Assembly (NCBI GenBank): GCA_043228905.1
Contig: JBHGNT010000008.1
Location: 10,788,001 to 10,852,000, forward strand
Reading direction: 5' to 3'
Origin: Azolla caroliniana
Taxonomy: Eukaryota; Plantae; Polypodiophyta
Length of the DNA: 64,000 nucleotides
The translations under genes were made by a program, and so were the position numbers. Shown one piece after another: positions 1-13,423 of the stretch; position 1 is the first letter of the stretch; the number at the start of each line of letters is the position of its first letter. The notes under the pieces were generated by a model. It was not told the DNA's origin, ran no database searches, and saw only the letters and a list, made by a program, of their open reading frames with translations.

Positions 1-2831
1 AGATCTCCTCTTCGAGGTCGCCGTGAAGGAATGCCGTCTTCACGTCCAGCTGCTCTACCTCGAGGTCCATGCTTGCCGCTATACTCAGCACCGTCCGGAT
101 GGAGGTCATCTTTACTACCGGGGCAAATATCTCATCGAAGTCCACGCCCTTCTTCTGCTGGAACCCCTTCACCACGATCCTAGCTTTGTATCTCGGGGGG
201 TTGCCGGCATCTCCCGGTTTCAACTTGTACACCCACTTATTTCGGAGTGCCCGCTTTCCTTTTGGCAACTCCACCAATTCGTATGTATGGTTCTCATGCA
301 AGGAATCCATCTCATCTTGGATGGCACTTAACCATTTTCGGTTGTGGGTGTCATCCTTTGCTTCTTCGAAGCTTTCCGGCTCCCCCTCATCAGTCAGCAG
401 AACATGCTTTGCATCCGGAAATCTCCGGGGGGCCCTTCTCTCTCTAAGAGGATATCTCCGTCTTCGGGCTTCGGTAACCGGCTCCTCCATTTGCTCTTCA
501 TCCGAATCTGTTTCGGGATCTTGGTCGGTTCCGGTTTCAGCTTCCTCTACTCCTTCTTCTGCCGGTCCGGTATCCTCACCGTAACCGGCTGGTTCTTCGA
601 GTGCTAACCGGTCTCTTGCCGGTTGGGTCTTCTCATCATAGAGTCTATCCTTACCGGTCGACTCGGAGTGCATTATCTTCTTCTCCGACTCCCAGTCGGC
701 GAGCGTCTTGTCCTCCATGAAGATAATATCTCGACTCCGGAATACCTTCTTGTCGACCAGGTCCCACACTCGGTAGCCGAACTCATCGTCACCGTAACCG
801 AGGAATATCCATGGCTAGTTCTTTGGATCTAACTTTCCTCTCCAGTCCTTAGCTACATGCACGTACGCGAGACACCCGAACACCTTCAGATGCCGGTAGG
901 ACTCTTCCTTATCGGTCCATACTCTTTGTGGCGTGTCTCCGTCCAAGGGTACTGAGGGTGATCTGTTTATCACGTATGTCGCCATCAACAGTGCCTCAGC
1001 CCAAAACTTCTTGGGTAGTTTTGCATGCGCTAACATACTCCAGACCCTCTCCATTATGGTTCGGTTCATTCTCTCGGCCAGTCCGTTTAGTTCCGACGTC
1101 TTTGGCATGGTAAATTCGAGCCGGATTCCCTTCGAGCGACAGTACTCCTCGAACTGCCCCCGATATTCACCTCCGTTATCTGCTCGAACCGCCTTCAGCT
1201 TCCGGCCGGTTTCTCTTTCCAGTCTCGCGTGGAGCTCTTTGAAAACGGATAGCACCTGATCCTTCGTCTTCAACGGTGTGGCCCACAGCTTTCGGTTGTG
1301 GTCATCTATGAATGTCACGAAGTACTGCACTCCGGAATGTGACTTCGTGTCTACTTGACACACATCCGTATGCACCAACTCTATTGGTGCATTACGTCTC
1401 ATCAGTGGCCTTGGTCGGAAGGAGGTCTAGTTCTGTTAACCGGCCAGACAATCAGTGCACTTCTCTAAGTGCACGTTCTTCACTGGAATGAGTTTGTCGT
1501 CTGCAAGCCTCTTCATCCCCTTCTCGCTCATATGACACAGCCTCTTGTGCCACAGTTCACTTCTTCCGGACATAACCGGGCATTCATCAGGTACAATGTG
1601 TTTACCTTCCAGGCCCGAGCCACAATCAGGCTCCCTTTGCTGAACTTCATGACACCGTTCCGGATGCTACCCGTGTAGCCCTCATCATCTAGCCGACCGG
1701 CTGATATCAGGTTCAGTCGAACCTCCGAAACGTGTCGAACATCCTTTAGCAGCAACTTGCATCCGGTTGGTGTCGAGAACCACACGTCTCCTATGCCGAC
1801 AATTCGGCATGTTCCTTCATTCCCCATCCGGACACAGCCGTGATCACCGGCTGAGTAGGATGAGAAGCATTTCCGGTCCGGGGTAAGGTGGAACGACGCT
1901 CCGGAGTCTACCACCCAGGTCATCTCGTCGCCGGCAAGGTTTATCTCACTCTCCTCGGTAATGAGCATCAACTCTTCTTCACTTGTCGCGATTTCCGTCG
2001 TTCCCTTCCGGTCCAGCCCCCTCCGGTCTTTACCGTTCCGGTCCGGTGTCTGCTTCGAATCGGTGCCGTCGGTTTCCTTGTCTTTACGGAAGTGCCAACA
2101 GTTCTTCTGGAAGTGTCCCGGCTTGCCGCAATAGAAGCAAGTAGGCCTCCCCCTTGACTTTGACCGTGTCCCCAACTTCTCCCAGTTCTGGGGACTACGG
2201 TTTCTATGTCTTCCGCGTTCCGATTCGGTAAGGAGCGCTTTTGAGTCGGAGCTCGTATCTTTATCTTTACGACGCGCCTCCTCATCTAGCAAGCTCGACT
2301 TTACTCTTGGTAGGGATAACCGCTTTCCTTCTGGCCCGGCGTTGCCCAAAGTGACAACCAACGTCTCCCAGCTATCTGGGAGGGAACCGAGCAGGAGTAG
2401 CGCTAGTACCTCGTCGGCGAGAGGTACTTCCAATGATGTTGCCTGGTGTATCAGCCCCTAGAAGGCATTCATGTGCTCCGCCATGCTGGAGCCATCTTGG
2501 TACCGGAGTCTTACTAGCTTCCAGAATACCGAAACCTGATTAACAACATTTTTGTTTTGAAACATTATGCCGATCTTCTCCCAGAACTCATGAGCCTTGC
2601 TCTCTTCATTGAAGTTGTTGTACAGGCTCATGTCAATGAAGCACCGTATATATGCCATTGTCTTCATGTGCATCACCTCCCATATCGCGGCATCGATTTT
2701 GTCCGGTCTCTTGTCTCGAACTGAACCGGTAGCCAGAGGTCTTTAACCACGAGCATGTCCCGCATCTTCGACTTCCACACCGAATAGTTGGAGCCGGTGA
2801 GCTTGAACATGCCGCCAAAAGATTCGTCCAT
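1..2831 (-). pseudogene. Disrupted gag-pol of copia A
   Basis: ORF fragments 2673-2951, 2458-2676, 1528-2433 and 815-1402, homologous to element B; gag ATG at 2831. Confidence 0.9.
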
Positions 2832-2846
2832 TTTCTGTGTTGTTTC

Positions 2847-2858
2847 GCTTTGATACCA
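2847..2858 (-). promoter_or_regulatory. Primer-binding site (tRNA-iMet) of A
   Basis: Minus strand reads ...CA AG TGGTATCAAAGC, one mismatch to the canonical TGGTATCAGAGC. Confidence 0.85.
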
Positions 2859-2860
2859 CT

Positions 2861-3914
2861 TGACGGGAACTACAACGTTCCTTATGCGCAACACTCGGCC
2901 ACAACCGAGCTTAGAATCATACACAGAAAACAGGAAATACATGCACGACACAAAGAGGAGACGAGTACTAAGGATGTTTATGTGGAAAACCCAAACAGGG
3001 AAAAACCACGGCAGCCCACAGGCTGCAAACTATCACTATGTTAGTATGTACAATAGTGAGTTCACGAAGGCAACGACCTCGTGCTCACGATCTTCGCCAC
3101 AGGCGGCGGTTACAACAGAGGCAACGACCTATTTCTCTCTCTCTCTCTCTGTACATGGTTACACGCTGTCTCTCTCCTTGCACCAACAAGAATGACAACA
3201 ACATGCTAAAAGTTTGCCCTAAGTCATATTTATACTGATATGACTTTTCGGCTATTTACAAATATAGCCATGATGGACTCTCATAAACATATTTACTAAT
3301 ATGTCTCTTCATCCGGTGAGCACTCCTCACCGGGTCTGCACCATCCGGCTCTCCGTAGCCGGGTACTCCTCATCCGGTCCTCACCCGGTTTGCACCATCC
3401 GGCTCTCCGTAGCCGGGTACTCCTCATCCGGTCCTCACCGGGTCTGCACCATCCGGCTTTCCGTTGCCGGGTACTGCTCATTCGGTCCTCACTGGGTTTG
3501 TGCCATCCAGCTCTCCGTAGCCGGGTACTCCTCATCGGGTCCTCACCGGGTCTGCCCCATCCGGCTCTCCGTAGCCGGGTACTCCTCATCCGGTCCTCAC
3601 CGGGTCTGCACCATCCGGCTCTCCGTAGTTGGGTACTCCTCATCCGGTCCTCACCGAGTCTGCGCCATCCGGCTCTCCGTAGCCGGGTACTCCTCATCCG
3701 GTCCTCACCGAGTCTGCGCCATCTGGCTCTCCGTAGCCGGGTACTCCTCATCAGGTCCTCACCGGGTTTGCGCCATCCGGCTCTCCGTAGCCAGGTATTC
3801 CTTATCCGGTCCTCACCGGATCTGCGCCATCCGGCTCTCCGTAGCCGGGTACTCCTCATACGGTTTCGGCACTGTTCTTCTCGCTTCCCATCCGGAGGGA
3901 CCTGTCTCCCAACA
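2861..3914 (-). repeat. 5' LTR of A (about 1.05 kb, enlarged by a tandem array)
   Basis: TG...CA ends; shares blocks with the B LTRs (GGAAAACCC, CTATCACTATG, TTTGCCCTAAGTCATATTTATACT, CATCCGGAGGGAC). Confidence 0.85.
3322..3859. repeat. 57-bp tandem repeat, about 9.5 copies, with internal palindrome CCGGCT-N6-AGCCGG
   Basis: Unit ...CTCCTCATCCGGTCCTCACCGGGTCTGCACCATCCGGCTCTCCGTAGCCGGGTA... repeated head to tail; produces the 19-aa repeat ORFs. Confidence 0.95.
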
Positions 3915-6039
3915 CGAAGGACCCGCGATGGATCGAAGCAATGGACGAGGAGATGCAGGCACTACGGAAGAACGAGACATGGGATCTCATTCCCACCTCA
4001 CCACACAAAAAGGTGATCGGATGCAGATGGATTTACAAAGTGAAGTACAACGCCGACGGTTCCGTCAACCGCTACAAAGCGCGACTCGTAGCGAAAGGCT
4101 ACGCACAAACGCACGGGGTTGACTACGAAGAGACCTTTGCCTCGATGACAAAGATGACGACGATATGAACTGTAATTGCACTTGCCACGGCGAAAGGGTG
4201 GCACCTCCATCAAATGGACGTCAAGAACGCCTTTCTACAAGGCGAATTAGAAGAGGTGTACATGATCCAACCACCTGGCTTCAACTCGAGCTCCCATGCG
4301 AAAACTGTATGCTGACTCAAGAAGTCTCTCTATGACCTCAAGCAAGCACTGCGTGCTTGGCATTTGAAGATTACTCAATATCTTCATCAAATCGACTTCC
4401 GTATGTCAAAATCAGACAACTCCCTCTACATACAAAGCGATTCCGCAAGTCCGATCGTCATCATCTTATATGTGGATGACCTAGTCATTGGAGGTGAGCA
4501 TCTCGTCGACATCAATAAGGTCAAATCCCTCCTTTCTGACAAGTTCGAGATGACAGACATGAAGAAGCTCCACTACTTCCTTTGCATCGAGGTAATTCGA
4601 ACTCTGGCCGGAATCATGATCTCTCAATGGCACTACATCCTCAACTTGCTATACAAGTTCGGGATGGCTGAGTGCAAATCCGCGGCAACCCCGTTCGATC
4701 GCAATCTCACATTGGATGCGAACTCTGGCACCAAAGCGTGTGAGCCGACTCAGTATCGGCAACTCATCGGGAGTCTCATCTACCTCACGATCACTCGACC
4801 CGATTTCAGTTATCCGGTCGGTCTCCTTAGCCAATTCATGTAAACACCGCGTGATACTCACTTCGATTGCGCTAAGCGAGTTCTATGATCCGTGAGCGGC
4901 ACAATGGATTGTGGCATCCTCTACAAGACCGCGATGCCAATACGACTTGAGGGGTACACAGACACCGATTGGGCTAGCTATAAAGCCGATAGAAGGTCAA
5001 CCTCCGTATTTGTTTTCTACCTCGGCAGCGGAGCAATATCCTGGAGTAGCAAGAAGCAGCCTATCGTCGCTCTTTCGAGTACGGAGGCGGAATACAGGGG
5101 CGCAGTCGTAGCTGCGTGTGAAGTCGTATGGCTCAAGAGGATTTTGAAGGATCTGGGCATAGCCATCAAGGATCCGACCTCCCTTTACTGTGACAACATG
5201 AGCAGTATCGATCTGGCTCGGAACCCAGTGTTCCACGTGCGGACAAAGCACATCGAAGTGCACTATCACTTCATCCGAGAGTGCGTTCTAGCTAGCGATG
5301 TCGACCTACAACACATTAGCACAAATCTTCAAACGGTCGACATATTCACTAAAGCCTTAGGAGCCGACAACTTGTGGCAATTCATGATCGATCTCGGATT
5401 GACGATCCCTAACCTGCCAAGCTTGAGGGGGAGTACTGAAGATATTACGCAATAACGCATGGATTCCGCACACCGTGCACATTACACAATAACGTGTGGA
5501 TTACGCAACCACGCAACGAAGCTGCGAAGAGTCGATCTACCGTGCAAAGCCGCGAACAAAGACGCAAGCCGAAGCACAGCCTTCGCAACTACGCACAACG
5601 CAAGCTGGAGCACAAATTCCGCAACTCCGCATAAATGCGAGTCAACGCGGACTCCGGAACGTGAGTCGAAGCGGATTTCGGATACCGTCTGAAACCGACC
5701 CGACTTGAGCTTGAGGGGGCGTGTTGAGAATCAAGCTCAACATGGTCTAGTGTGTGAACTCACCTTGAGAGTGAATAGACACTCCAACGGTCAAGAGTCA
5801 CCATTAAGTCACCACTTTGTATTCTAGCATTTAGTATGAGTCATAGAATCATATTCTATGACACATAACTTATGAGCTTTCAGATTCCCCATGCTCCATG
5901 AGTCTTATAGTTAATGAAGAGAGAGGGTGACTATATAAAGCACCCTCCTCCCACCTTGTATGATGTTGAGTCTTTCTCCTTTGTTAATATACTTTTACCT
6001 TGCGTATTCTCTGTGTCTTATTCCTTGTCTCTCTCACTC

Positions 6040-6082
<43 letters not shown>

Positions 6083-6140
6083 CACACACATAACTCATAT
6101 CTCTTCCGCTTCACAAGAATCCATATCTTGATTCTTTACA
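3915..6140 (+). mobile_element. Ty1/copia element C (Ale-like C-family), RT-RNaseH-3'LTR; inserted into the RT of gypsy D
   Basis: [41 protein letters not shown] motifs in ORFs 3941-5455; PPT TTGAGGGGGCG at 5711-5721; LTR 5722-6140 (TG...CA); gypsy RT resumes at 6141. Confidence 0.9.
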
Positions 6141-7977
6141 ATGGCATTCACCATATGAGCCACCGAGTTCGTTGCACCTTGAGGTAAGCTACACATCCGC
6201 ACAAGCCCGATCGTAGTCCTCATAGTTGTAATGTCACGACTGTCGACACCAACTAGAATTGATCGTATCCAAAGTAGAGATCGCCAGTGGAGTAGATGGA
6301 CCGGCCCACAAACGCCTCGGCAAATTCATCCACACTCGGACCGATTCCAGCATTCCAAATTGTCACCTTGTTGACGGGTTGAAGATCTTGGATAAATCGC
6401 AACGATCCATTCTTCTTCGGCATTGTGAACCACCTATTAGAATAAGGAGCGTTCGATGGTTCCAGAATTCCCATAATCACCTTCTCCTTTAAGAGCTCGA
6501 TCAGCTTCAGTAGATGTGCTCTCGGAACCGGTATCGGTTTCAAATTCCAAGTCACATGCGACACTGTGAAGATCACCATTGGTTCTACCCTCCTTGGATT
6601 AGCACATCCGATTTCCTGTGGGAAAAATGCAAAAGCCTTCCCATGTCTTTCAAGCATTCCGCGGAACATTCGCTCCTCTTCATGGAGGAGGAAATCTTCC
6701 TTTCCAACTTGTAGCTTTCCTTTCGTCTCTTCAATGAAGCCGTGACCTATTGTCTTCGGATTCCTTAAGCTTGTATCTTTTGCAACTTCCTTCATCTTTT
6801 GCCAGCTATCTTCCGGTAGCGGAACTGCAATTGGCTTGATCTTCCTATCCACCGTTTTATAATGTGTGTTGAATTCAGCTTCCTCCATCAAGATGCTTCG
6901 ATGATATTCATCGATGACAGCGTACATGTTGATGGAGTCATTAAATGAGGATAGCTCAAGCCCACGACTTCCTCGATTTCGCCGATGGTGTCGTTAAATG
7001 AGGCTTCCTCCAGAATATGAGACACAAATTCTTCTTCTTCGATTATGCTTTCTTCTTTCAGCACCTTCTCGAAGTCTTGTATCCGACGCTTGTCCTTCTT
7101 GATGAGTAGTGTTAGTTTACATGCACCACTAGGTGTGACGCATCTTGCTTCTCCTTGCAATCCATGTACTCTGCTTCCTTGTGGGGACTTATGGTTGCTC
7201 AGACTATTTGTGCACCACGCTTCAATAGTCCGCTCTAAAAATCCGAGGATTCGCCTCCAAGGCTATCTCGGTTCCTTTCATGATTTGCTCGCACCGTCAG
7301 GAATTGAATAGATCTTTGACTGTCAAGGCTCTTGACTCGCGCGAAGGCTGCTCCATTATCGAACATCTTGGTTTCCATCCGGGACGATGTGATATACGGT
7401 TGTCCTCGGATGACAAAATGCGAAGCTGAGTCTTGCACGAAGAATTGTTGATCCATCTCCACATCCCCAATCGTGACTTTAACATTGGGGCAAGCTCCGT
7501 ACAAGTCCTCTATGGCCTTCATTGCTGCTCAAATCTTCCATCCTTGATTTGTATTAATCGGCCATCTTCCTTTCTTGTAGAACTCGGTCCACATGAGATT
7601 GATCTTTGAACCATGGTCAATCGAGGCTACCACGGTCTCTTTCTTCTCCCCGATCTTCACCAACGTCTCTGTTGTCGCTCTTGCCCAATGAGGCTGAGAG
7701 TAATGGTTGTCCGCCATCACTTCTACTTCTTCCTCCTATTCTGACCTTGCCATGATTATGGCACTTGTTTTCACCTCCTTCCTCTTCATCCGATTGTTGC
7801 CGCGTCCGCTTCATCATGTTCACAATAGTATCATGGAACTCCTTCTTAGAGATCCCAAGCAATTCTCTCAAAGTAAGGTCGACATGACTGTCTAAAACCT
7901 TCTCCTCAAGGACCTTCCACAAGTCAGTTGTTTGTTCTGTGTCTGACCTTAGCTTGTAAGTTGGCGTCGCTCGTTCT

Positions 7978-8263
7978 TGACGCGAAATATGCGGAATATT
8001 ACTCGGCCACAACTGAGTCTCAGATTGTGTCATTTTGAATCGAAGACCGAGAATGGGAATGGAGGTGAATACACGTACACACTGACAATATGACAGAGGG
8101 TACACAATATGTTAACATGGAAAACCCTAAATGGGAAAAACCACGGGAGTCCACAAACTCCAACTATCACTATGTTGAGAGGAATACAACAGGTGAAGAT
8201 AGAGGCAACAACCTCTTGCTCACAATCTTTGCCTGGCAGCGGTTACAACAGAGAATCACTCTG

Positions 8264-8302
<39 letters not shown>

Positions 8303-11300
8303 GCTACGCTCTGTACAACAGTTACACTCAATAACTCTATACAACAAATAATGACAACAATAACATAAGTGTTTGCCCTAAGTCATATTTATACTAATAT
8401 GACTTTCGGGCTATTTACAAATATAGCCACAATGGGCTAACAAAAACATATTTACATATATGTCCTTTCATCCAGTGAGAGGTTCTCACCGAGCGTGCAT
8501 CATCCGGTTCTCTCCGGGCCTTTGTCATCCCATCCGGAGGGACTGAGATCCTCCCAAACTCCCCCTTCACTCCATCATGGGATGTCTGGTTAGTCCTATT
8601 TGTTTCCGGCATATGTCCAGGTTGTCGGGTGTCAGCACCTTGGTCAACATATATGACCCATTCTCTTCTGTGTGGATCTTCGTCAGCACGAACTCTGAAT
8701 CTTCCACTCGCTCCGGGATCTAGTGGTACCTCCACTGGATGTGCTTCGTCCTGGAATGATATGTCGCGTTCTTTGCAAGGTGGATGGCACTTTGACTGTC
8801 GCAGCACAACCGGTATTCCTCTTGCCAAATCCCTAGCTCTCCGATGAAGGCCTTCATCCATAATATTTCCTTGCCAGCTTTCACGGCTGCCATGTACTCC
8901 GCCTCCGTGGTTGACAACGCAACCGTCTTCTGCAGCCTCGACTGCCACGAAATAGCTCCCCCAACATATGTCATGACATATCCCGATGTTGACCAGCTAG
9001 TATCCGCATCAGCCGACATATCCAAATCGGTGAAACCGTCAAGTTGGGTTTACCGGAGCCAAATCAGAGACATATAGTTGAGGTGCCTTTTACGTATCGG
9101 AGTATCCATTTTACCACATTCTAGTGCTCCTTGCCGGGATTGTTCATAAACCGGCTCACCACTCCGACTGCATATCCAATATCCAGTCGGGTACACACCA
9201 TTGCGTACATTAAGCTCTTGACGGCAAAGGCATATGGTATTTTCATCATATCCGCCTTCTCTGCCTTCATCTTTGGGCTTTGCTTACCGGATAATCTACA
9301 GTTTGCCGGGAGTGTCGATCCGACCGGTTTCGCATCCGACATGTTGAATCGTTGAAGCACCTTTGTCATGTACTTCTCCTGTGACAGCCACAATTGCTTC
9401 TTCGACTAGTCCTGGATAATATGCATCCCCAGTATCTGTCTTGCCAGACCCAAGCCTTTCATTGAGAAGGTCCGGTTAAGGGCCTTCTTCTGCATCCGAA
9501 TCTTCTCTTGGTCCTGTCCGACGATCAACATGTCGTCCACATATAGGAGCAATATCAGGAAGTCTCCTCCGTTGAATTTCTTCACAAATACGCAGTGATC
9601 GGCTTGCATCTTATGGTACCCCTGATCAGTCATGAAGGAGTCGAACTTCCGGTACTATTGTCGGGGAGCCTGCTTCAAACCATATAGGCTCTTCTTCAAC
9701 CAGCAAACCATGTGCTGCTTCCCTTTCTTCACAAATCCCTCCGGCTGCTGCATGTAGATCTCCTCTTCGAGGTCACCATGGAGGAACGTTGTCTTCACGT
9801 CTAACTACTCTACCTCGAGGTCCATGCTTGCCGCTATGCTCAACACCGTTTGGATGGAAGTCATCTTTACTACCGGGGTAAATATCTCGTCGAAGTCCAC
9901 TCCCTTCTTTTGCTGGAACCCCTTCATCACGATCCTGGCTTTCTACCTTGGGGGGTTGCCGGCATCTTCCGGTTTAAACTTGTACACCCACTTATTCCGG
10001 AGTGCCCGCTTTCCTTGTAGCAACTCCACCAACTCATTGTGTGGTTCTCATGCAAGGAATCCATCTCGTCCTGCATGGCACTCAACCACTTGAGGCTATG
10101 GGTGTCATCCTTCGCTACTTCGAAGCTTTCCGGCTCCCCGTCATCGGTCAGCAACACGCGTTTTGCATCTGGAAATCTCTGAGGGGCACTTCTTTCCCGG
10201 AGAGGATATCTCCATCCTCGGTTTTCGATAACCGGCTCATGTGTCTGTTCTTCATCCGAATCCAATTCAGGGTCATGTCCAGTTTTGGTTTCAGCTTCCC
10301 CTCCTTCTGCCAGTTCAATATCCTCACCATAACTGGTTGGTTCTTCGAGTGTCAACCGGCTCCTAGCCGGGTAGGTTTGAATCTCATCGAACCGATCCTT
10401 ACCTGTCAACTCAGAGTTCATTATCTTCTTCTTCAACTCCCAGGCGGCAAGAGTCTTGTCCTCCATAAAGATAATATCTCGACTCCGGAAAACCTTCTTG
10501 TCGACCGGATCCCACACTTAGTATCCGAACTCATCATTGTCGTATTCGAGGAATATGCAAGGCCGGGACTTTGAATCCAACTTTGCTCTCCGGTCCTTTG
10601 CAACATGCACATAAGCGAGACACCTGAACACCTTCAGATTCCGGTAAGACACTTCCTTACCGGTCCACACTCTCTACGGCGTGTCTCCGTCCAAGGGTAC
10701 TGAGGGTGATCTGTTTATCACGTACGTCGCTGTCATCGGCGCCTCAGCCCAAAACATCTTGGGTAGCTTAGCATGTACTCGCATACTCCAGACCCTCTCC
10801 ATTATGGTTTGGTTCATCCTCCCGGCCAGCCCATTCAGTTCCGGTGTCTTCGGCATGGTAAATTCGAGCCGGATTCCCTTCAAGCGGCAATACTCCTCAA
10901 ACTGCCCTCGTTATTCTCCTCCGTTATCTACTTGAACCGCCTTCAGCTTCCGACCAGTTTCTCTTTCCACTCTCACATGGAGCTCCTTGAAGACGGATAA
11001 CACCTGGTTCTTCATCTTCAATGGTGTGGCCCACAGCTTTTGGCTGTGGTCGTCTATGAACGTTACGAAGTACTGCGATTCGGCATATGACTTCGTGTCC
11101 ACTTGACATACATCAGTATGCACCATCTCCAATGGTGCATTACATCTCATGGGTGGCCTTGGTCGGAAGGAGGTCCGGTTTTGGTTACCGACCAGACAAT
11201 TAGTGCACTTCTCCAAGTGCACGTTCTTCACTGGAATGAGGTTGTCTTCTGCAAGCCTCTTCATCCCTTCTTGCTCATGTGACAGAGTCTCTTGTGCCAC

Positions 11301-13423
11301 AACTCATTGGTAGTGTCAGATGTCACGTTCACTTCTTCCGGACATATCCGGGCATTCATCAAGTACAATGTGTTGACCTTCCGGGCTTGAGCCACTATTA
11401 GGCTCCCTTTGCAGAACTTCATGACACTGTTCCGGATGCTACCCGTGTAACCTTCATCATCTAGCCGACCTCCGGAACGTGTCGGACCAACCTCCGAAAC
11501 ATGTCGGACATCCTTCAGCAGCAACTTGCATCCGGTTGGTGTTGTCAGCCACACGTGTCCTCTGCCAACAATTCAGCAGTTTCCTTCATTCGCCATGTGG
11601 ACACGGCCGTGATCACCAGTTGTGTAGGATGAGAAGCATTTCTGGTCCGGGTCAGGTGGAACGACGTTCTGGAATCGACAACCCACGTTGTCTTGCCGCC
11701 GGCAAGGTTCAACTCACAGTCCTTGGCGATGAGCATTACCTCTTCTTCAGTTGCCGCGATTGCCGTCATTCCCTTGTGGTCCGGTCCCCTCCGGTCTTTA
11801 GCGTTCCGATGCGGTAACCACTTCGAACCGATTTCCTTCTCTTTCCGGAAATGCTGACAGTTCTTCTGGAAGTGCCCCGGCTTCCCACAGTAGAAGCAAG
11901 TGGGCCTTCCCCTTGACTTTGACTGTGTCCCCAACTTTTCCCGGTTCTACGAACTCCAGTTCCTTTGTCTTCTGCGTTCCGATTCGGTAAGGAGCGCTTT
12001 GGAGTTGCCGTCATTCCCTTCTGGTCCGGTCCCCTCCGGTCTTTAGCGTTCCGATGCGGTAACCACTTCGAACCGATTTCCTTCTCTTTCTGGAAATGCT
12101 GACAGTTCTTCTGGAAGTGCCCCGGCTTCCCACAATAGAAGCAAGTGGGCCTTCCCCTTGACTTTGACTGTGTCCCCAACTTTTCCTGGTTCTAGGGACT
12201 CCAGTTCCTTTGTCTTCCGCGTTCCGATTCGGTAAGGAGCGCTTTGGAGTTGGAGCTCGTATCCTTGTCTTTCCGACGCGCCTCCTCATCTACCAAGCTC
12301 GACTTGACTCTTGCTAGGGATAATTGTTTTCCTTCCAGCCCGGCGTTGCCCAAAGTGACAACAAATGTCGCCCAGCTATCCGGGAGGGAACTAAGCAGGG
12401 GCAGTGCTAGTACCTCATCGGAGAGAGGTACTTCCAACGATGTTGCCTGGTGAATCAGCCCCAGGAAGGCATTCATGTGCTCCGCCATGCTAGAGCCATC
12501 TTGGTACCGGAGTCTTACTAGCTTCCGGAATATCGAAACCCGATTAACAACATTTTTGTTCTGAAACATAATGCCGATCTTCTCCCAGAGCTCATGAGCC
12601 TTGCTCTCCTCATTAAAGTTGTTGTACAGGCTCATGTCGATGAAACATCGTATGTACGCCGTTGTCTTCATGTGCATTACCTCCCACACCGTGGCGTCGA
12701 ATTTATCCGGTCTCTTGTCCCCGAACTGAACCGACAACCGAAGATCTTTAACCACGAGCATGTGCCTCATCTTCGACTTCCACACTGAGTAGTTCGAGCC
12801 GATGAGCTTGAACATGCCGCCAAATGAATCTTCCATTCTCTGCGTCGTTTCGCTCTAATACCAGTTTGACGCGAAATATGCGGAATATTACTCAGCCACA
12901 ACCGAGTCTCAGATCGTGTCGTTTCGAATCGAACACCGAGAATGGGAATGGAGGTGAATACACGTATACACTGACAATATGACAGAGGGTACACAATATG
13001 TTAACGTGGAAAACCCTAAATGGGAAAAACCACAGGAGTCCACAAACTCCAACTATCACTATGTCGAGAGGAATACAACAAGTGAATATAGAGGCAACAA
13101 CCTCTTGCTCACAATCTTTGCCTGGCCGTGGTTACAACAGAGAATCACTCTGTATCTCTCTCTCTCTTTGCTACGCTCTGTACAACAGTTACACGCAATA
13201 ACTCTATACAACAAATAATGACAACAACAACATAAGTGTTTGCCCTAAGTCATATTTATACTAATATGACTTTCGGGCTATTTACAAATATAGCCACAAT
13301 GGGCTAACAAAAACATATTTACATATATGTCCCTTCATCCGGTGAGAGGTTCTCACCAGGCCTGCATCATCCGGTTCTCACAAGGCCTTTGTCATCCCAT
13401 CCAGAGGGATCGAGATCCTAACA
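7978..13423 (-). mobile_element. Full-length Ty1/copia element B (same family as A), decayed
   Basis: LTRs 7978-8556 and 12867-13423; PBS 12852-12863 (TGGTATTAGAGC); PPT 8557-8566; gag, PR, INT, RT and RH fragments; degraded TSD GTTCT/ACTCT; host gag-PR reading (KGKE-RATPTY) is restored when B is removed. Confidence 0.95.
11763..12252. repeat. 245-bp tandem duplication of the gag zinc-knuckle region in B
   Basis: GTQSKSRGRPTCFYCGKPGHFQKNC is encoded twice, 245 bp apart (ORFs 11545-11934 and 11766-12179). Confidence 0.92.

Larger units (their letters stand above)
1..3914 (-). mobile_element. Ty1/copia LTR retrotransposon A (Tnt1/Tork-like), 5' part; 3' end lies left of the window; inserted into element C
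   Basis: Minus-strand gag (MDESFGGMFKLTGSNYSVWK), CCHC knuckle CFYCGKPGHFQKNC, protease WVVDSGAS, integrase (VHTDVC, FIDD, RADNGGEY, NGLAERMNRT) and the start of RT, in copia order. Stops and frameshifts present. PBS 2847-2858; LTR 2861-3914. Confidence 0.93.

Noticed and set aside
3296-4122. ORFs of 187-273 aa made of 19-aa repeats on both strands
   Set aside because: By-product of a stop-free 57-bp tandem repeat inside an LTR.
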